From Rebecca billardiae RCC1528 (taxonomy: Eukaryota > Protista > Haptophyta): DNA of 64,000 bases. The DNA lies in NCBI GenBank assembly GCA_965240325.2, contig OZ251251.1, positions 744,001 through 808,000 of the forward strand, written 5' to 3'. Under the pieces are notes generated by a model, which was not told where the DNA came from, did not search any database, and saw nothing but the letters and a program-made list of their open reading frames with translations. The position numbers were made by a program, and so were the translations under genes. This document shows positions 49,109 to 64,000 of the stretch, one piece after another (position 1 is the stretch's first letter; each line of letters opens with the position of its first letter).

Positions 49109-49606
49109 TGGCTGGCCCTCTGCCCACACTGGGGCGCCCTAGGGGGTGCCCAGTCTGCCGACTCGGCTCAAACTCGATGATCTCGAATTGCAAGGCAGTG
49201 CACTGCTGGTACCTGGGACCACCCCACAGTGTTGGGCTTGTATGCTGTCGGCAATGGCATACCCCCGCCCCCTCTGGAGGCGGGCTGTCCACAGCGGAGT
49301 GGTGTCAAGGCACTCGGTGTATCGGTCAGTGGTTTGAGGTTGGGTGAGGGTGGTGGTTGGTTGGGGGCTGGCCAGGGTAGGGCTGGAGGCTTCGGCCGCC
49401 AGTCTGATCACCCGGAGCCCGTTATAAAGGGGAATTTAAAGGGTAAAGGCCATGCGCTGGGGAGTAATCGCCGAGCCGCTGCGCGTATCCATCAAGCGGA
49501 TGGGATCATGATACGCCCAACGGCAATGCCGCTCAGGAACCGGCCAATGGAAATGCGCAGCAGCAGCTTTTCGTCCCACGCGCGCACGAGCCCTGAACCT
49601 CACGCG

Positions 49607-49782
49607 ATGGCGGATCGCGCGCCGCCGCCACTCTTCCGCGCGGCGGAGCACCGCTTCCGGCGGCGCGCGCCGGCGGCGCCGCGCGCGCGGCGGAAGCAGC
49701 GGCGCCGCACCGACGAGCAGCCGCCCCCGCCCGCGCCGGAGAGCGAGGCCTCGCTGCGCGCCGCGCTGCTCGACGTCCGCGC

Positions 49783-49820
<38 letters not shown>

Positions 49821-51095
49821 GCGCGCAGCCGGCGCCGAGCGCGCTCGCGCTGCGCGACGGCCTGTTCAGCGTGCACGCGTACCACCCCGGGCTCGTCATC
49901 ATGCCAACGGCGCTCACCCCCACCGAGCAGCGCGCGCTCGCCGCGCGCTGCCTCCGCGCCTGGCTGCGGCCGCCGTGGGCGCGCACGAACAGAGCCGAGC
50001 CGATGCGCGCGGCCGAGCTGCCGCCGCCCGATCTGTCGTGGGCGACGGTTGGGCTGCACTTCGACTGGACCGCGCGCGCGTACCCCGAGGAGACGCGCGG
50101 GCCCTTCCCCGCCGCGCTCGCCGCGCTGTGCGCCAGGCTCGTCGCGCGCGCCGCCGCGGCTGTCGGCGGCGGCAAAGGCGGCGGCGCCGCCGCCGACCGC
50201 GACGGCAGACGCGGCGGGCGCGCGCCCTTTGCGCCGCCGTTCGAGGCGGAGGCGTGCATCATCAAGCTGTACGCGGAGGGCGATCGGATGGGCGGCCACG
50301 TCGACGACTGCGAGGAGGAGCAGGCCGCGCCGGTGCGCGCCCACCAGCCGGCCGCGCGCGCGCCGCGCGCGCGCGCGCGCGGCCGGCGCTCACGCCGCGG
50401 CGCGCGCCGCGGCCCCGCGCCCCGCGCCCTGCTGCGTCGCACAGGTGGTCTCGATCTCGCTCGGCTGCGACGGCGTGCTGCTGCTCGGCGGGCCGCCGCT
50501 GGCCGACCCAACGCCGCCGCCGCCCTCCCCGGACTCGCCCGGATCGTCCGAGCCGCCGCCGCGCGCGGCCGAGTGGCCTCCTGTCGCGCTGTGCGTGTGC
50601 TCGGGCGATGCGGTCGTGATGGGCGGCGTGGCGCGCAGCTGCTACCACGCGATGCCGCGCGTCTTCGCGCGCTCCGCGCCCGCCGGCGTGTTCGGCGGCG
50701 CGGACGAGCAGGCGGCGCAGAGTGCGCCCCTGCCCGCCGACGCCGACGCCGCCGCGGCTGCGGGCTCGGGCGCTGCAGCGCGCGGCGGCGGCAGCGAGCA
50801 GCCGCAGCCGCAGCCGCAGCCGCAGCAGCAGCCGCAGCCGCAGCCGCAGCCGCAGCCGCAGCCGCAGCAGCAACCGCAGCCGCAGCCCGGGCGCGGGCCG
50901 GCGCCCCAGCCGGCGTGGGCCAGGGCCACCGGCGGCGGCGGCGGTGGCGCGGGCGAGGACGAGGCGGACGACGACGCGACGCTCCTGCAGCGCGAGCCGT
51001 GCCCGCCGCTCTCAGCCGCCGAGCTGGACTGGCTGCGCGCGCACAGGCTCAACCTGAGCGTGAGGCAGGTCAGGCGCAGGCGGCGCGGGCCGTAG
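49607..51095 (+). CDS. ALKBH1: AlkB homolog 1 (2OG-Fe(II) nucleic-acid dioxygenase)
   Basis: FRAAEHRFR, PGLVIMP..LT..EQ, LSWATVGLHFDWTARAY, GGHVDDCE, VVSISLG, SGDAVVMGG, YHAMPRV, RLNLSVRQV. Intron 50333-50444. Confidence 0.9.
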
Positions 51096-52387
51096 CGGTG
51101 GCACGACTGCGGGCACGCGCGCGCGTAGTCAGTTATCAGTACGGCGGTCCAATGACGGCGGCCCGCCCGCCGCCGCTCCCTCTGTGGCCGCACGGCGCGG
51201 CAGCGCGCCGGGCAAAGTGCTGCGACGATGACGACGCGCGACGACGGTACCGCGAATTCGGACGGCGCGGCGCCGCCGACGGCACGGGCATGCACGGCAC
51301 GGCAGGCCGGCAGCGGGGGCAGCAGCAGTCGAGTCCCACGTAGCAGTCGTCAGCGATCGCGAGTCGCCCGAGACGGCATCGGACTACATCGTCCGGTCCG
51401 ACACGACCGATTATACACTCGGACCGGACCGCCGGTCCGCCGGTCACTCGGCGTAGTCTCCTGACGGGCCGGTCGTCACTCAGCTACTAACTAGCATCAG
51501 TCACTACTACGCTGCGCGCGCTGCTGGCTGATCGGATGCCGCCGCGTTGTACGCGTCGTCGTCGTCGTATATATATATATATATATTATATATGTGGCGT
51601 TATAGGGAACCTATAACTGAGTGTCTATGAGCGACGCCAAGAATCCGGCTCGCACGGCATTCCTGCGTTGTCCCGCGCGCACCGCCGCGCGCAGGAGTCC
51701 TGGTGCACTGCCAATCTGGCCCACAGCGGCGCACCTGCAGGACTCGGTTGGTTACCGCTCACATCGGATCGATCAGGCTTCGCTCTCGGGGGCGCCATGG
51801 GGCTGCTCGCGACGAAGGCGCCGAGCTGGGCAAGGGAATCGCCTGCATCGAGCACTGCCGGGTGCACTCTCCGCTGCAGGAGGTGCACCGCAGTCGCCGC
51901 AGCCCCTCTGCTCGGTAAGGTCGCTGGCTGTCTGTGTGGCCCGGCTCCCCGCCTGATCGTTCGGCGGCGCGACGACATCATCTACTGTCTTCGCCGCGTC
52001 GCCCCTCATGCAATATGGTCTCTTGCTCTCGCCGCTGTCGCGTCAACCAGCACGCTTCATCGTTTGCCCGCCCGGCCGCCCTCGGCCTCTGGCGGATATG
52101 GAAGCACTGCAGCGTCAGCGAGCCATCAGCCCTAATCGACCTTGCTCAGTGACTGACGACTCGCGGGCGCCCTCTCGACCTCGGGCAGCAGCTCGACCGC
52201 CACGCCGCTCACCCGCTGCCAGCGCCCGCTGTCGTTCGTTGCTCAAATCCCAACATAGCTAACCTGATCGTTCCATGATTGATCATCGTGGTCTGTCTAC
52301 TCCACGACGCCGCGCGCCGCGACCATCCAGCTCCAGAGTCCATTCGTACCCGACGCCTTGTGCGAGCCGGGCATGGCGGAGTGGCTA

Positions 52388-52523
<136 letters not shown>

Positions 52524-53482
52524 ACTCGCGCGCATCATCATTATAAGCGCCTGGCCGCCTGCTCAGCAGGCGCCCGCGTTCCGGGAGTTGACGCGCCGCA
52601 TCATCGCGGCGCGCATGATCCGTCCGCACTCCGCAGACGTGAACTGCCGACGACGACGTCGACGTCAACGTGCCGCGCGCCGCACTTATACGGTATGCGC
52701 GGGCCCGGTCTGACGCGGTGCGCCGACGGTCCATGCTGATGCGGCGGTCTGATCCGTCAGTGAGTTAACTCCGCCTATCGATCACGGCCATCGCTGACTG
52801 AGTCCGACTCGACGCCCGGGCAGCGGCGGAAGAGTCATCATCATCAGCAGCCTGGCCGTGCGCGCCGGCACCGTCACTCCCGAGGCCGAGTCCCGGACTA
52901 ATTCTATGATATTTAAAGACACAGGCACGAGGGCGCAGGGACTCATCACTATATTATTCATACTATATATAATATAATAATAATATTATATATATTCGTC
53001 GTTCGTACGCCGTACGTGGAGTTCGTCAATACGCGGACCGCGCGAAGCCGAATACGTTATAACGTTAGTCGTATACGGTCGTCGTATATATATATATATA
53101 TCATATAGACGAATATACATACGCTATAGCAGCGCAGTATTAGTCGTCTAACTACGGATCGAAGGTACTAAGCGCTAGTCACTTCACTCCGACCGCCGCG
53201 CGCGGGCCAGTGCACTCGGATCCGACTCGACTCGCGCAGCCCACCGGTGCGGCACTGCCACGGCGGGCTGTTGCACTCTGGCAGCGCCGCTGCACCGCCT
53301 CGGCTCAGCGCAGAGTCGGTCTCGTCCCCAGGACTGGTGCGCCCGAGCCCGGCTTGCCCCCGTGCCGTCATGCGGCGGCGCACGGCGCACTGCCCGCTCG
53401 GGCGCTCGGTCCCGCCGCGCGCACGACTCGCGCCGGGCGGCGCGCAGTCCGCGACGGCCTGCCAGAGCCCAGACAGTGAGAC

Positions 53483-56400
53483 TCAGCGGAACGGGCCTGG
53501 CGGCAGCCCCCCAGGCGGCCCCATCGGCGGGATGCCGCCCTGCTGCTGCTGCTGCGGCGGCGGCGGGCCCTGCGGCGGGCCGCCAAAGCCGCCGCCGCCG
53601 CCGTAGCCGTGTGGCGGAGGCGCTCCGGGCGGGGGCCCGCCCCAGCCGCCGCCGCCGCCGGGCGGAGGGCCGCCGCCAAAGCCGCCGGGCGGTGGTGGCC
53701 CGCCGCCGCCGCCGCCGCCGCCCCAGCCGCCGCCCGGCCCGCCGCCCATCATCATCCCACCGCCGGGCGGCCCGCCGGGCGGCGGCCCGCCAGGCGGCGG
53801 CCCGCCCCAGCCTCCGCCGCCGTGGTGCGGCGGCGGCCCGCCGCCCGGCGGCCCGCCGCCCATGAACCCGCCCTGCTGCTGCTGCGGCTGCTGCGGCGGC
53901 GGCGGCGGCCCCGGCGGCGGCCCGCCGCCGCCGCCGTACGGGCCAGGGCCGCCCATGCCGCCCCCGTGCGGAGGGCCGCCGCCGTACGGGCCAGGGCCGC
54001 CCATGCCGCCGCCCATGCCGCCGTGCGGCGCTCCGCTGTGCGGCGGCATCCCGCCCCAGCCGCCGCCACCCGGGTGCCCGCCTGGCGGCGGGCCGCCCGG
54101 TGGCGGCCCGTAGCCGCGCCCGCCGCCGCCGCCGCCGCCGGGGCCGGCAGGCGGGCTGCGGCCGCCCGGCGGCGGGCCGCCGCGGCTGGCGTGCACCGCG
54201 GCCGCCTTCTCGTCGAGAAACCTGCAGCGGCGCACGCGCGCGTGCGCGTGAGCGCGTGAGCGCGCTCTGGGCGTGGGGCTCGAGCGCGCGGCGCGCCCGT
54301 GGCAGCGTGCGCCCACGCGCGTGTGTGCCCAGTGCGTGTGTGTGCGCGTGCGTGCGCGTGTGCGTGTGTGTGTGTGCGTGTGCGCGCGCGTGCGTGTGCG
54401 CGTGCGCGTGCGCGTGTGTGTGTGTGCGTGCGTGTGTGTGCGTGTGCGTGTGTGCGTGTGCGTCCGAGTGTGCGTGCGCGTGTGCGCGTGTGCGCGTGTG
54501 CGCGCACATGTCCATGTCCAGAGGCCTCGAGCGGTCGGTGAGCGGACCTGAGCCCGTGCGCGGCGCATCCGGGGCCGGCTGCTGCTGCGGCGGCGGCTGC
54601 TGCTGCGGCTGCATCCCGCCCATCATCTGCGGCATGCCGCCGACCATCCCCGGCGGCGGCCCGCCACCCATCCCGCCGCCGCCGCCGCCGCCGCCCCAGC
54701 CGCCGCCTCCGGGCAGGCCGCCGCCAAATCCACCGCCGCCGCCCGGCGGGCCGCCAAACCCGCCGCCTCCGCCGTGGGGCGGCGGTCCGCCGCCAAAGCC
54801 GCCGCCGCCCGGCGGCCCGCCAAACCCGCCGCCGGGCGCCCCCCCCTGCGGCGGGCCGCCAAACCCGCCGCCTCCGCCGTGGGGCGGCGGGCCGCCGCCA
54901 AACCCGCCGCCGCCACCGGGCGGCCCACCGAAGCCGCCCGGGCCCATCGGCGGCGGCGGCTGCTGCGGCGGTCCGGAGCTGGGCGGCGGCGTGCTCGGCA
55001 TGCCGCCGCCGCCACCGCCGCCCCAGCCGCCGCCGCCGCCGCCCCACTGCTGCTGCTGCTGCTGGTGCGGCGGCGGCTGCTGCGGGCCGCCCATGCCGCC
55101 GCCGCCCATGCCGCCGCCGCCGCCCATCGAGCCCATCGACGCGCTCGGCGGCACCATCCCGCCGCCCATCCCGCCGCCCATCCCGCCGCCCATCCCGCCG
55201 CCCATCCCGCCGCCCATCCCGCCCGGCGCGCCGTGCGCTGCCGCCGCCGCACCGAACGGGTCGGCTGTCGAGGTCGGCGGCCCTGCTGAATGCGTGGAGC
55301 GCGCGCCGGGCGAGCCGGGGCCGCCGCCGCCGCCGCCGCCGGGGGCGAAGGGCTCGAAGCCGCCGCCGCCCCACCCCTGCTGCTGCGGCGGCTGCTGCGG
55401 CGGCTGCGGCTGCGGCGGCTGCGGCTGCGAGCGCGGCGGTGACGGGGCGAACGGATTGTCGGCAAGGGCCGGCGGTGGGAGCCCAAACCCGCCCGAGCCC
55501 GCCGGCTGCTGCGGCGGCGGCGGGCCGCTGAGCGCGGGCGGCGGCGGGCCGCCAAAGACCGGCGACCTCTGTCCGGCCGGCGGGCCGCCGGGCGGGCCGC
55601 CAAAGCCGGGCGGCGGCTGCGACATGCCGCCGCCGCCGCCGCCGCCCGGCGGCGGCGTGAAGCCGGGCGGCGGCGTGGGCGGAGGGCCGAGCGCCGGCGG
55701 TGGCGGCCCGCCCCACTGCTGCTGCTGCGGCTGCTGCTGCTGCCCCCACCCCTGCTGCTGCGGCTGCTGCTGCTGCTGCTGCCCCCATCCCTGCTGCTGC
55801 GGCTGCGGCGGCTGCTGCTGCCCCCACCCCTGCTGCTGCGGCTGCGGCGGCTGCTGCTGCCCTCCGCCCACGCTCATCTCCCCCAACCCACCCAGCAGGT
55901 CGTCGAGACCGCCGCCGCCCACGCCGCCGCCGGAGGGCGGCGTGGGCGCGGGCGGCGCGCCGCCCGCGTGCGCGCCCTGCTGCCCGCCGCCCACCACCAA
56001 CTGCGGCGGGTTCGCCCCCAGGATGGCGGAGACGGGCTGAGAGCCGCCGCCGCCGCCGTGCGGCGGCTGCTGCGGCGGCTGCGGCGGCGGTTGGTGCTGC
56101 TGCGGCGGCGGTGCGTTCGGTGCGCGGTACCAGCGCTTGTTAACGTACCTGCGGGGCCGCACCCAGCGGCGCGCGTGTGTGCCGTGTGAGTGCGTGCGTG
56201 CGTGCGCGTGCGTGCGTGTGCATCCCCACGCCCGGGGCCGCGCGCCTCCGCGCAGAGTGCACCGCGCGCGGCCGCGGGTGGCGCTCTGCTCTGCTCTGCT
56301 CTGCGCATATGCAGCGCACAGCGCACAGCGCACAGCGCACAGCGCGCGCACTTCTCGCGGATGAACTTTCGAATGTCGGACGGACTGTCCTCGGACGGGG

Positions 56401-57232
56401 TCTGGACGAAGGGGGCGGCGCGTGCGCGGGGCGGGGCGGGGCGGGCGGAGGCGTCGGGCGCGAGGCGGGGCCGCCGCGCCGCGCGCGCCGCCCACGCCCG
56501 CGAACCTTCCGCGAACCTTCCGCGAACGTACCGGGAAGTCTCGCTCCGACCACGTCGCGAGGAAGGCTGCGCGCGCCGCGCCGTTGCCGCCGGCGGAGAG
56601 CGCGTCGACCTCGTCCTTGGAGAAGGTGCTCATCCCCACCGACTTGATCCGGTGGTTGAACTCGCGGCTGGCCGGGCGCGGGGCGGGGGATCGGGCGGGC
56701 CGGGCGGAAGGGCGGGCGGGCGGGCGGGGGGCGCGGACGCGCGCGCGGTGAAGGCGCGGCCAGAGGGTCCCGGGGGTGGACGCGGGGCGGTGGGCGGCAC
56801 GCGCGGAGGAGGCGCATGGCGTCGGCGCGCGCGTGGCGGCCCCGCGCGGCAGCCCCGGCGCGCGACGGCGCGTCACGCGGCGCGAGGCCGGCACAGCGCG
56901 CCGCCGCGCCGCGGCGCGCGCGCGCGCGCGGCGCGCGGCGCGCGCGGCGCGCGCACTGGAGCCCGGAGCAGGTGGTGCAGGTGAAGATCTGGAAGTTGGT
57001 CACGACGTACTGGTTGCCCTGCGGCCCCGCCACGCGCGGCGCGGGGCAACGAAGCGCGCGGCGCGCGAGGCCGCTCAACCGCCGCCCGCCGCGCCGCCCG
57101 CGGCCGCGCCGCGCCGCCGCGGTCGCGCGCGCGCACCCGGCTGGTGCAGTCGGCGCAGTGCTTGTTCTCCGGGCGGCGCTGGATCTCCTTGAGCTGCTTC
57201 GCGATCCGGTCCTCCTTCGCCTTATTGCTCAT
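53483..57232 (-). CDS. ArfGAP of the AGFG/NIG type with long Pro/Gly/Gln-rich tail
   Basis: Exons 57232-57137, 57018-56957, 56667-56532, 56401-56352, 56148-54508, 54221-53483. They splice to [53 protein letters not shown]...GGN...[20 protein letters not shown] motifs in the tail. Confidence 0.92.
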
Positions 57233-57433
57233 CGCGTCAGGCCGCGGCGGCGCGGCGGCGGCGGACGACGAGGGGCGCAGGCGGATGCGCTGCGCTTGGG
57301 GGCCGAAGTCGCGAGCTCGGCGGGCGGGCGGCGCTGGTCCGGGCGGAGGGCCGGCGGCTGGCAGCCGGACTGTCGCGCCAGCTGCTGCCGCGCAGGAGCA
57401 GCTGGCCGCGCGCAATTCTGCGTGGCGCGAGCG

Positions 57434-64000
<6,567 letters not shown>

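Larger units (their letters stand above)
40828..49428 (+). mobile_element. Full-length non-LTR retrotransposon (LINE; two ORFs, APE-RT-RNase H-CCHC)
   Basis: Two tandem intronless ORFs 21 nt apart, composition distinct from the host, structured 3' UTR. Boundaries are tentative, based on a candidate 6-bp TSD GGGGAA at 40822-40827 and 49429-49434. Confidence 0.9.

Noticed and set aside
49424-49449. TAAAGGG repeats as telomeric target or 3' microsatellite tail
   Set aside because: Only 2-3 irregular copies and not a canonical telomere repeat. It fits better as the host promoter core, though it cannot be excluded as the true tail.
51621-52262. Coding-like stretch downstream of ALKBH1
   Set aside because: Possibly a decayed gene fragment, but no consistent frame or recognisable product.

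Overview
Very GC-rich, gene-dense eukaryotic nuclear DNA with spliceosomal introns (donor typically GTGCGC, acceptor typically CGCAG). The composition, the Ala/Gly/Pro low-complexity inserts and the gene set suggest a high-GC alga, possibly a pavlovophyte haptophyte (inference only). Fifteen host genes can be reconstructed by hand, often as divergent pairs with short promoters: U1-70K, RBBP5/SWD1, an SP-RING SUMO-ligase-like protein, a FYVE-SLOB pseudokinase, RAD17, WS/DGAT, TRM61, an ankyrin-UBA protein, a MYND-membrane protein, proline iminopeptidase, a signal-peptide thioredoxin-like [2Fe-2S] ferredoxin, PKG, ALKBH1, an AGFG-type ArfGAP and an ABCC transporter that runs off the window. The standout is an apparently full-length, uninterrupted ~8.6-kb non-LTR retrotransposon lying in the divergent promoter between PKG and ALKBH1. 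It has an unusual CCCH-type ORF1 and a 2093-aa APE-RT-RNase H-CCHC ORF2 with non-canonical catalytic motifs (IMDD, GAH). ORF2 ends in a long tail with a thrice-repeated AWPLQ motif whose copies differ only synonymously. The element also has a densely structured 3' UTR, no poly(A) tail and a CpG-depleted ORF2. Other oddities are a MITE-like palindromic element, a 78-bp repeat array, a triplicated exon-donor junction in PKG and a 600-bp Z-DNA-type intronic tract. Most long ORFs in the ORF track are antisense or off-frame artefacts of high GC.
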